From: Gammaproteobacteria bacterium
GTDB taxonomy: Bacteria > Pseudomonadota > Gammaproteobacteria > UBA4575
DNA length: 64,000 nucleotides
NCBI GenBank assembly: GCA_965247265.1
Contig: OZ252002.1
Location: forward strand, 1,882,964-1,946,963
Reading direction: 5' to 3'
A program made the position numbers and the translations under genes. The notes under the pieces are model-generated. The model did no database searches, had not been told where the DNA came from, and worked only from the letters and a program-made list of their open reading frames with translations. This document shows, in pieces, positions 22,057-30,649 of the stretch (its first letter is position 1; the number at the start of each line of letters is the position of its first letter).

Positions 22057-22596
22057 TTACTTTTTAAACGCAACTTCTTCTTCTAAATACGGTTCATCGG
22101 GCTCTTCATGAGCAACACCTTTATGGCAATCGATACAGGTTTTGCCGCTAGTTTCTATTTTTTTGTGTTTTTTGCGTGCTGATCTGTCCTGTTCTTCTAA
22201 ATCCATCGCTGCTACCGTGTGGCAAGACTTGCATTCACGAGAATCCGTAGCTTCCATACGATTCCATACTGCATTCGCCATTTGCCAGCGATGGTCTTCA
22301 AATTTTTCTTCAGTATCGATGGTACCCAGAATTTCATGCCAAACATCTTTTGCAGCGCGAAGTTTTGCATAGAGTTTAGGGCCAAGATTATGCGGCACAT
22401 GACAATCTGAACAATTCGCGCGAACACCTGAAATATTGGAATAGTGGAGGCTTTCCATCCATTCTTGTTTTACCCATTGCATGGAATGGCAAGACGTACA
22501 AAAATCTGTTGAATTAGTGGCTTCCAATGAAAGAGATGATCCTATAGCCGCAGCAAATCCTACAATCAACATCAATACGATAACTATTATTTTCAT
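22057..22596 (-). CDS. NapC/NirT/CymA-family membrane-anchored tetrahaem cytochrome c
   Basis: 179 aa. N-terminal TM helix. Four CXXCH motifs (CTSCHS, CSDCHV, CKSCHT, CIDCHK) with family-typical spacing. Confidence 0.8.
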   Translation of the reverse strand: MKIIVIVLMLIVGFAAAIGSSLSLEATNSTDFCTSCHSMQWVKQEWMESLHYSNISGVRANCSDCHVPHNLGPKLYAKLRAAKDVWHEILGTIDTEEKFEDHRWQMANAVWNRMEATDSRECKSCHTVAAMDLEEQDRSARKKHKKIETSGKTCIDCHKGVAHEEPDEPYLEEEVAFKK

Positions 22597-23033
22597 GGGG
22601 TTTAAATGAAAAATATCTTATATACGATTTAATTATTTAATTATTTAATTTTTTAAATTGGTGATGCTAATCAGTTTGCCTATAACATTAATTGATTGTG
22701 CCACTGCGCGGCAACCATACCAAGCCTTGAAGGAATAAATACCAATGTCGAGGTTGAAAATGGTAGGACGACTTTAATTAATTTACACTTATTTACCAGC
22801 TGAATACGTATGATTACTGCTATGACATCGGCATAAGCAGTAGCTGCATGAATTAGTTTATAATAATATAGATTAATAACATTAAGTAACTAACTGTTAT
22901 ATATATAGATAAAGTATTTGTTATAGGTATAAGTAAATTAACTGGATTAGTATTTATTAATATTATAATATAGTGTAAATAGTGGCCGTCCGCTTACTCC
23001 AGACAATAAAAATCAATCAAAGACCTAATGTAA

Positions 23034-24350
23034 ATGAAACCATTAATAATACTGTTATTCGTAATCGGATTTGGAATCTGGATGATTGCTACAGGGTCTG
23101 CAGATATTTTTTTAACTACCACAGACTCATCTGCTGAAGTCGTCAGTGAGGACAGCAGCAAAGAATCAAGCATTACAGATAATGCTGAGCCTATTCAAGA
23201 AATAGAAAGCTCAACGCTTGAAGAGATTAGCGCTGAGACTTTATTAGTGGCAGAAAATGATGTCATTGAAAATGACTCAGAAAGTATAAATGAAGCTCAA
23301 TATTCTGAAAAAGACACATATAATACTAAAAATACCTTAGCAGAGGATGATTTAGATTCACTGGGTTCTGATACGAGTGAAGTAACTGATGAGCCAACTA
23401 TTGTTGCAGAAGCTAATACTGCTGCAGAAACTACTACAACTGAATCAAACCAAGAATCTTCAGATAGCACGCCATCAACAACAATCCCGCCCACTAATCC
23501 ACATTTGGGTAGTATGTGGATGTCGCCTATGCAAAACCCCATGAATAATTTTTGGATGAATCCAATGTTCAATATGATGATGCAGATGATGGGGCCTATG
23601 ATGAATCCCGCAATGTATATGAATCCCATGAGCATAATGAATCATCCCATTAATGCCATGACCCAAGCGCAAAGCATGGATTACATGATGCGCTCAATGG
23701 ATCCACATTTACTATTTGGAATGTTTGGACAAACAAGTGAAGGCTATAAAAACGGTGAAGTGCCTGACCAACTTCCAGTCGTCACAATCCCCGGATTTCC
23801 TACTCAAACTTATCAAAATTGGCCTAGAAATAAAGTATCTCCTGGTGTTTCGCGCGAAGCTAAGAAAAACGCATTTCAAACAATGATGGGAATAAGCCCG
23901 CTTTCCATGCGAGACATGCTAGGAATAATTACGGATAAAGTTCCTGTTGCGGAAGATGTCACTTGGGATGATGCCGTTGAAGCTATGAAACTTCGCGCCA
24001 ATGAAGTTAATTTTAAATTTGTCGGATCAAGCCCCCTATGGAAAGAAATTGAAGCCGTTACTGGCGAGCCTTCAGCACGAGTTGAGATGTTTCGGTTCTG
24101 TGATGCTGCCGTGGCACGAAAGATTTTAGATGAAATCCCAGAGTTTATTGTGTTTCTTCCCTGCAAAATTGCGTTGATTGAAGATGGAGATGGAAAACTT
24201 TGGGTCATGACACTTGATTGGGATGTGAGTTGGTTGGACTTTGCACAGAATCCGAATAATCATTTAGCAAAGGATTTACGTGAAGACGCAACACGAATTA
24301 GGGAAAACATGCGCTACATTATGGAAGGGGCCGCAACCGGTGACTTTTAG
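23034..24350 (+). CDS. Secreted modular protein: signal/TM, acidic Ser/Thr/Glu-rich linker, Met-rich NPM-repeat segment, C-terminal DUF302 domain
   Basis: 438 aa. The Met-rich block is SMWMSPMQNPMNNFWMNPMFNMMMQMMGPMMNPAMYMNPMSIMNHP...SMDYMMRSMDPH. The C-terminal FRFCDAAVARKILDEIPEFIVFLPCKIALIEDGDGKLWVMTLDWD matches the DUF302 (TT1751-like) motif (CNP..A...LPC..V). Confidence 0.6.
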   Translation: MKPLIILLFVIGFGIWMIATGSADIFLTTTDSSAEVVSEDSSKESSITDNAEPIQEIESSTLEEISAETLLVAENDVIENDSESINEAQYSEKDTYNTKNTLAEDDLDSLGSDTSEVTDEPTIVAEANTAAETTTTESNQESSDSTPSTTIPPTNPHLGSMWMSPMQNPMNNFWMNPMFNMMMQMMGPMMNPAMYMNPMSIMNHPINAMTQAQSMDYMMRSMDPHLLFGMFGQTSEGYKNGEVPDQLPVVTIPGFPTQTYQNWPRNKVSPGVSREAKKNAFQTMMGISPLSMRDMLGIITDKVPVAEDVTWDDAVEAMKLRANEVNFKFVGSSPLWKEIEAVTGEPSARVEMFRFCDAAVARKILDEIPEFIVFLPCKIALIEDGDGKLWVMTLDWDVSWLDFAQNPNNHLAKDLREDATRIRENMRYIMEGAATGDF

Positions 24351-24411
24351 TGAGTGTTATTCATATTCATAAACTTATATTTGAAAACTATACACGACAG
24401 AGGTAATTAAA

Positions 24412-25101
24412 ATGTTCTTACGACAAAAGTTAATCCAATTATTTGCGGGTGCATTGATAATTGTTATTGCAGGTGCCACGAGCTTACAAGCAGAAGATGC
24501 GAGCTCTGCATCTACAGGCATGACACCTGCCATGCAAAAGGCCATGGACCCAAATGTTTGGACAAACATGATGGCAATGATGATGAATCCAGAAAAGGCA
24601 ATGTCTATGGAATCGTGTGCAGAATGTCATGACGGTGAAGATGTGGCGCGCTATCAAAAAGATTTTGGCCCAATGATGGAAGCCATGAAGCCAATGATGA
24701 GTATGATGAATCCTCATATGATGACCTCCATGATGAACCCTATGATGGGCATGATGAACCCTATGATGGGCATGATGAACCCTATGATGGGCATGATGAA
24801 CCCTATGATGGGCATGATGAACCCTATGATGGGTGGCATGATGAACCCTATGATGGGTGGCATGATGAACCCTATGATGGGTGGCATGATGAACCCTATG
24901 ATGGGTGGCATGATGAACCCCATGACCATGATGAACATGATGTATCCGATGATGGGAATGATGGGCCCAATGATGGGAATGGGTGGCATGGGTAATCCAA
25001 TGATGGGTGGCAACCCAATGGGACAAATGATGGACCCTAAACAATATGAGAATTGGTTTAACGAAATGATGAAAGGCTTTACACCACAAGCACAAAAGTA
25101 A
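24412..25101 (+). CDS. Secreted methionine-rich tandem-repeat protein with one CXXCH motif
   Basis: 229 aa. Signal peptide, then SMESCAECHDGEDV (CXXCH), then MMNPMMG x5 and MMNPMMGG x4 repeats. Shares the MDPNVWTNMM and C-terminal QYENWF motifs with the two neighbouring genes. Confidence 0.6.
   Translation: MFLRQKLIQLFAGALIIVIAGATSLQAEDASSASTGMTPAMQKAMDPNVWTNMMAMMMNPEKAMSMESCAECHDGEDVARYQKDFGPMMEAMKPMMSMMNPHMMTSMMNPMMGMMNPMMGMMNPMMGMMNPMMGMMNPMMGGMMNPMMGGMMNPMMGGMMNPMMGGMMNPMTMMNMMYPMMGMMGPMMGMGGMGNPMMGGNPMGQMMDPKQYENWFNEMMKGFTPQAQK
24730..24935 (+). repeat. Intragenic tandem repeat: about five 21-bp units followed by about four 24-bp units
   Basis: atgatgaaccctatgatgggc is repeated about 5 times, then atgatgaaccctatgatgggtggc about 4 times, all in frame. 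Confidence 0.9.
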
Positions 25102-25134
25102 TCAGATAATATTCTCTATCTACTATCAAACAAT

Positions 25135-25650
25135 ATGGGCGTAAAAAAATTACTTACACAAGCAATTTTTGTAGTGCCCATCTTGGCCATTATTACAGTG
25201 CCGGTGATATTGCATTTTAAAAGTCAAAGTACTACGCCAGCAGAGAATAATAATGCTGGCCCAACTTATCAAAACAATCTTTCTACACACAGTTTCACAA
25301 ATACAATTTCTTCTGCTCAGGCATATGATAAATTCGCAATTCCTGAACCATTCTCTGCTGCAAATTCAACTTTAGGGCTGACGTATGCCATGACTAAATC
25401 CATGGATCCGAATACGTGGATGAAGATGATGATGAATATGATGAATCCAGCCATGATGACTCAAATGATGCACCAGATGATGCAAATTCCCACTAAAATG
25501 ATGGTGCCTTTCATGAATAATGGATTCAGTATGGGCCCGGCTATGTTACCGCAATCACATGCGATGGGCTCTGCACCAAATATAATGACCCCTGCACAAT
25601 ATAAAGATTGGTACACAAAGCAACAGAATAAGCTTAACAATGTCAAATAA
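25135..25650 (+). CDS. Secreted methionine-rich protein, paralogous to the two upstream genes
   Basis: 171 aa. N-terminal TM/signal. SMDPNTWMKMMMNMMNPAMMTQMMHQMMQIP block. C-terminal PAQYKDWY resembles PKQYENWF of the preceding gene. Confidence 0.5.
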   Translation: MGVKKLLTQAIFVVPILAIITVPVILHFKSQSTTPAENNNAGPTYQNNLSTHSFTNTISSAQAYDKFAIPEPFSAANSTLGLTYAMTKSMDPNTWMKMMMNMMNPAMMTQMMHQMMQIPTKMMVPFMNNGFSMGPAMLPQSHAMGSAPNIMTPAQYKDWYTKQQNKLNNVK

Positions 25651-25814
25651 CAGTATTAGCAAATTATACTGGTTAAATAATTATTAACTATAACGTGCAT
25701 GAATTTTTTGCTCTTACTTTGATCATGCGCTACACAAAATTTATTGGTTCAATGTACATAATATTAAGCACTGGTATAATCCGCCAGCTTTATTGACGCA
25801 CTTTAGAATATTAC

Positions 25815-26960
25815 ATGGAAGAATTGTCTAACCTTCATTTAATCGCCTTACTAGGCTTTGTGATAGCTATGGTGTTTGGCTTTATTGGAAATAAAACCCA
25901 CTTTTGTTCCATGGGAGCGATAAGTGATGTGGTGAATATGGGTTCAAAAGGACGTTTAGGCGCTTGGTTTTTAGCAATAGGCGTCGCAATTTTAGGTGCA
26001 CAGTTTTTGTTCATACGTGGATTGGTAGATCTGAATTCATCAGTTTATCTTGCACCAAATTTATACATATTAAGTTACATCCTTGGTGGAATAATATTTG
26101 GCATCGGAATGACCCTGGCGGCAGGCTGTGGACAGCGCAATTTGGTTAGGCTGGGAGGCGGAAACTTAAAAGCGCTTGTTGTTGTCATTGTTTTAGGTGT
26201 GACCGCATATATGACAATGCGCGGAATTTTGGCAGTGGTACGTTTAAATTGGGTGTATGCCGTGAACTCTGATTTGACTACGTATGGAATTAATGACCAA
26301 GGCTTATTTAGTTCCCTTGGTGCATTATTTAATCTTGAAAATACTAACTTGCTCAGAAAAATTGGTGGATTCTTAATTGCGTTTGGTTTTATTGCCTATG
26401 CATTTAAACAAAAAGAATTTAGATCAAGTGTTGACAATATGCTAGCTGGATTTGTAATTGGTGGATGCGTCATTGCCGCATGGTTTGTAACAGGTTATAT
26501 CGGTCAGGACGACTTTGATCCAGTTACTCCTCAAGGCATGGCATTTATTGGGCCAACGGGTAATACAATAAGCTATTTAATGACATTTACAGGTGCCGAA
26601 ATTAATTTCGGTATCGCCGTTGCAATGGGGATGATTGCAGGTTCATTTTTGTATGCAGCTCTTTCTGGTAACTTCCGTATTGAAACATTCAGCAATAAAT
26701 CTGAAATGGTAAGTCATTTAATTGGTGCGGTATTGATGGGATTTGGTGGTGTACTTTCATTCGGATGCACCATAGGGCAGGGTGTGACGGGAATGTCTAC
26801 GTTAGCAATGGGATCTATTTTAGCGTTGATCTCTATTATTTTTGGATGTGCGCTTACAATGAAGATTCAATACCACATGCTGGACGAGAAGGGATTTACA
26901 GTTGCATTAGTATCTGCACTAAAAGAGTTACTTACACCTTGGAATAAAGAAGCTGCTTAG
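25815..26960 (+). CDS. YeeE/YedE-family sulfur-compound (thiosulfate) transporter
   Basis: 381 aa, polytopic. Two internally repeated halves, each with a conserved Cys-containing G-C-x-x-G region (AAGCGQRN, SFGCTIGQG). Confidence 0.8.
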   Translation: MEELSNLHLIALLGFVIAMVFGFIGNKTHFCSMGAISDVVNMGSKGRLGAWFLAIGVAILGAQFLFIRGLVDLNSSVYLAPNLYILSYILGGIIFGIGMTLAAGCGQRNLVRLGGGNLKALVVVIVLGVTAYMTMRGILAVVRLNWVYAVNSDLTTYGINDQGLFSSLGALFNLENTNLLRKIGGFLIAFGFIAYAFKQKEFRSSVDNMLAGFVIGGCVIAAWFVTGYIGQDDFDPVTPQGMAFIGPTGNTISYLMTFTGAEINFGIAVAMGMIAGSFLYAALSGNFRIETFSNKSEMVSHLIGAVLMGFGGVLSFGCTIGQGVTGMSTLAMGSILALISIIFGCALTMKIQYHMLDEKGFTVALVSALKELLTPWNKEAA

Positions 26961-26987
26961 TAAAACGAGAATATAAGCATCTATCTT

Positions 26988-27302
26988 TTATTTTATTTCT
27001 GCTTCGCCGCTGCCTGACTCACCTTTATTGTCTGTCCAGGTGATTTTGACAACATCACCCGCTTTACCACCATCAAATTCAAATGACCAGTAAGGGTTTT
27101 TTGAAATTCCTGTTCCCCAGTCTGCAGAGATAATCACTTCGCCATTTAATTCTGCTTTAACTTCTTTAATAAAATGGGCAGATATTAGCTCACCCGTGTC
27201 TTTGTCTTTTCGACTACCAGATTCCATTTCGTGATACATAATAGTTTTAACAGTTGTCACGCCATCTTTAATTTTTGCTCTAATTTTCATTTCTTCAGCC
27301 AT
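26988..27302 (-). CDS. soxZ: Thiosulfate oxidation carrier protein SoxZ
   Basis: 104 aa. SoxZ-like sequence and size. Lies immediately downstream of soxY. Confidence 0.85.
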   Translation of the reverse strand: MAEEMKIRAKIKDGVTTVKTIMYHEMESGSRKDKDTGELISAHFIKEVKAELNGEVIISADWGTGISKNPYWSFEFDGGKAGDVVKITWTDNKGESGSGEAEIK

Positions 27303-27321
27303 CGAATTATTCCTTCATCTT

Positions 27322-27780
27322 TTATACACAACCGCCAGCAGTAACTTTAACAACACTCTTGCTAGCGTATAACTTGCCGTCAGCTTTAACGATGGCAACT
27401 ACATTAGATGTTTCACGCAATTTAATGCGAGTTGATACAAACGGTTTAGATTTTCCATGAAAATAAAATCGTGAAATCCAAGGTCTTGGATTTTTATCTC
27501 CAAATATACTAATCCACTCTACATTCCCTAAATCTGTTGAAACTTTTACCGGTACGGTTGCACCATTTTCAGCGATTTCGGGTGCATCTAGTGTTACATG
27601 CCCATCAAGTAATTCCTGATCGCCTACGAGCCCTTTTAAGGATGCTTCATATTCTGTCTCGTCAAACGCCGCAGAAGGCCATTCTGCGATCGCAACGCGA
27701 GAAAGAATTCCAGTACTTAATGCTGCAAAGAGACTTGTATAAGCACTATGTTGAATAAATTTTCTTCGTGAAATTTTCAT
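27322..27780 (-). CDS. soxY: Thiosulfate oxidation carrier protein SoxY
   Basis: 152 aa. Tat/Sec signal MKISRRKFIQHS. C-terminal ...VTAGGCV with the carrier Cys in a Gly-Gly-Cys context. Confidence 0.8.
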   Translation of the reverse strand: MKISRRKFIQHSAYTSLFAALSTGILSRVAIAEWPSAAFDETEYEASLKGLVGDQELLDGHVTLDAPEIAENGATVPVKVSTDLGNVEWISIFGDKNPRPWISRFYFHGKSKPFVSTRIKLRETSNVVAIVKADGKLYASKSVVKVTAGGCV

Positions 27781-27948
27781 AATTCCCTCATTAGATTATC
27801 GGAATTTTAATTAACTTTTTATTTTAAATATTAATGTTTTACAGAATACTCCTATGACAGTTCTTAATTATTCAAATTCTATGTATTTTTATAATTGTAA
27901 TAATTTAAATGTTATACCACACCTAAGTATCTGCTCGTAAGTGCCTAG

Positions 27949-28614
27949 CTAAAATTTTGAGGCTAGATCAGATAATGTGTTAATCTCAATATCTGCCATA
28001 AAAGGTAAACGCTCGGGTTTGCGTTCATAACGATTAATCCACACTGAGTAAAACCCATATGCGACTGCTCCAGCAATATCCCATGAATTTGAAGAAATAA
28101 AGCTTATTTTACTGCGTGGTAAAGCCAGTTGTTCTTCTACAAATTCGTAAACTGCAGGGGAGGGCTTATAAGCCTTTATTTGTTCGGTTGAATAAATACC
28201 ATTAAACAAGTGGTCGACCTCAGCATGCTTTAGAGATGTTGCTAATTTCTGCGGGGATCCATTAGATAAAACCGCAGTTACAATTCCTTTGTCTTTAATT
28301 GTTTGCAACGCATCTTTAACGTCTGGATAAGCCGCTAAATTTGCATGTGCCTGGAGAATATTATTTTTGATATTGTCATCTTCTATCCCATATACATCGC
28401 ATGCAAAATCAAGTGCTGACTTTGTAATTTTCCCATAGCTTGTAAATTTGTTCATCAAGCTCAATTGAGAAGAGTATTGGAGACGTTTCGCCCGCCATAG
28501 CTTATATATTACCAACGCATTTTCACCGAGCTGATCGCGATATTCTTCAAAGGGCAAATAGGTATCCAAAACGGCTCCATAGGCATTGAATACGCATGCT
28601 TTTATCTTACTCAC
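27949..28614 (-). CDS. Haloacid dehalogenase type II (HAD superfamily)
   Basis: 221 aa. HAD motifs (N-terminal Asp region, YKPSPAVYE, SSNSWDIAGA). Confidence 0.75.
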   Translation of the reverse strand: MSKIKACVFNAYGAVLDTYLPFEEYRDQLGENALVIYKLWRAKRLQYSSQLSLMNKFTSYGKITKSALDFACDVYGIEDDNIKNNILQAHANLAAYPDVKDALQTIKDKGIVTAVLSNGSPQKLATSLKHAEVDHLFNGIYSTEQIKAYKPSPAVYEFVEEQLALPRSKISFISSNSWDIAGAVAYGFYSVWINRYERKPERLPFMADIEINTLSDLASKF

Positions 28615-29041
28615 TGATTTTCTTTCCTTAGACTGGCACTCACGTATTTACATTAGATTGGAATGCGTGAGAGGTATAAATATTAATATCTGCTAATATT
28701 CTTATTTATTTGTGTTAATTCCCATATTCCTAATGAGATGTACAACTCAACGTGTCGTAATACGTTTATATATTTGCTTTTCTAGCTAACTTGAAATAAG
28801 CATTGATAGGTTCAGGGCAACTATTTGTTTAATCACTAGTAGTATCTTAGAGCTTTTAAAGCTTGGTAAGAATCTCAAATACAGGTTGTAATCGCTAAGG
28901 ATTGATAAAATTTGTAAAGTCACACTAATAGCTGACGCTGTATTAACTTCGCATAATATATATTATGTTAAAATTTAAATATTCACTAATACTAGATTAC
29001 TCGCCTCTTATCCTAAAATATAACATCAGTGGGTTTCTCAC

Positions 29042-29788
29042 TTAGAATTTATATTTAGAACGATATCCTACAGCTACACGAAAACTTGTGTCTGGATAAT
29101 ATATGAAACCAACATTCCATCCATACCCCCAGTCATCACCCTCTACTTTTGAAAAACCTTCTGATACACCAAGTATCGTAGGACCATTTGATATAGCCTG
29201 GCTCAGAGTTGCATCTGCATACTGTGCACTGAACCCTATCCTTATTGATAATGCATCGCTCATCTTATAAGCCAAAAGATGGATTTAAATTGACTGTGAG
29301 CAATTCTGATCAACTGCATGAAAACCGCCCAACCCATTCCCGATTATAATCCGTTTTGAGGCCATATGGAGCCATTACTGCAAAACCGTATTTCAGATTA
29401 TCGGTTGTTAGGTCCGTTACAAAATATAAACTTGGTACAAATAATAATGAGCTACCATCTTTATTACTTCCAGTTCTAGGACTATTTATAATTAGTGGAG
29501 GAAAACATTGTGTAGAGCCCTCATTTGAAAACGACCTTTCCCGTCAACGAAATAGCCGGTAAGTTGAACTTGTGTACCATGTTGTAGCGTAATGCCTGCA
29601 GTATTGTAAAAAGCCATCGACAAGTCATCACCAATTACCCCGAATCCTGCAAAAGCGCGCTCTAAACCTGTTCCACTTTGCTCGCTAATTTGAAATCCAG
29701 CACTATACACGTTTGACGTATTTAAGATTACGATACTTGCAATAAGAAAAATATGCAGTTCCCTCTTAATCAGGCATCTTCGTTTCAT
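29042..29788 (-). pseudogene. FadL/OmpP1-family outer-membrane transporter remnant (N-terminal and internal fragments only)
   Basis: ORF 29492-29788 has a signal peptide plus AGFQISEQSGTGLERAFAGF...FYNTAGI, the FadL N-terminal hatch. ORF 29042-29275 is an internal barrel segment. About 750 nt remain of a roughly 1.3-kb gene, in several frames. Confidence 0.55.
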
Positions 29789-29967
29789 GGCATAATTTTA
29801 ACTATTGGCAAATTTATTTTTATTGTAACGTGAGTATATTTTGTTTTTTAACATATATAACAATGAGTAATATTAAAAATGATATTTATTATGATCTGTT
29901 GTTACTGTGAATTTATTGAGCTAAATATGGTTGCAAATTATAAATTTTATTTTCCTATACACATTTC

Positions 29968-30642
29968 ATGCTAAAGCTGTCAATTATTATCCCTGCGCTT
30001 AATGAAGCGCAATTCTTATCTGAGCATCGTAATTTTTTCAAATCCTTATTAAGAGAAGGCCATGAAATCATAATCGTCGATGCTGGCAGTGTAGATAATT
30101 CTGTCCAGATTGCACGTTCAGTTTTGTGTGAAACATTTATTACAAAAGCCTCTCGTGGCTATCAAATGAATTTTGGCGCCATGAAAAGCAAAAACGACAC
30201 TTTATTATTTTTGCATGCAGATACCCTTCTACCAAAATCTGCCCCAGCTTTAATTTCGAACGCATTGACTCGCAGTGATAAGCACTGGGGTCGTTTTAAT
30301 GTCTCATTCAACAATTCAAGCCTGATATTTAGTGTTGTTGCGTGGTTTATGAATAAACGAAGTTGCCTGACCGGTATTGTCACGGGTGATCATGCTATTT
30401 TTGTTAACCGAGACATTTATAATCGCTGCGGAGGATTTGCAGATATTCCAGTCATGGAAGATATTGATATAAGCACACGTTTAAAAACGTTTTCGATGCC
30501 AATATGTATACAAAACTCAGTTATTACTTCATCTAGAAAGTGGGAAACTCAAGGCTTGATGAGAACAATTATAAAGATGTGGACCTTGAGATTCCTTTAT
30601 TTCTGCGGTATACCAGCGCAAAATATTGAAAAATTATATTAG
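29968..30642 (+). CDS. Family-2 glycosyltransferase of the rSAM/selenodomain-associated transferase 2 type
   Basis: 224 aa. LSIIIPALNEAQFL GT2 N-terminus and DxD-type region. Overlaps the start of a DUF2064 gene, as in the conserved pair. Confidence 0.65.
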   Translation: MLKLSIIIPALNEAQFLSEHRNFFKSLLREGHEIIIVDAGSVDNSVQIARSVLCETFITKASRGYQMNFGAMKSKNDTLLFLHADTLLPKSAPALISNALTRSDKHWGRFNVSFNNSSLIFSVVAWFMNKRSCLTGIVTGDHAIFVNRDIYNRCGGFADIPVMEDIDISTRLKTFSMPICIQNSVITSSRKWETQGLMRTIIKMWTLRFLYFCGIPAQNIEKLY

Positions 30643-30649
30643 TCATACT

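Noticed and set aside
24484-25095. His-rich ORFs on the minus strand (HHRVHHATHH... repeats; also 24714-25013, 23297-23635, 23475-23672)
   Set aside because: They are the reverse complement of the ATG-dense Met repeats (CAT = His). They have no independent start or RBS context and lie fully inside better-supported plus-strand genes.
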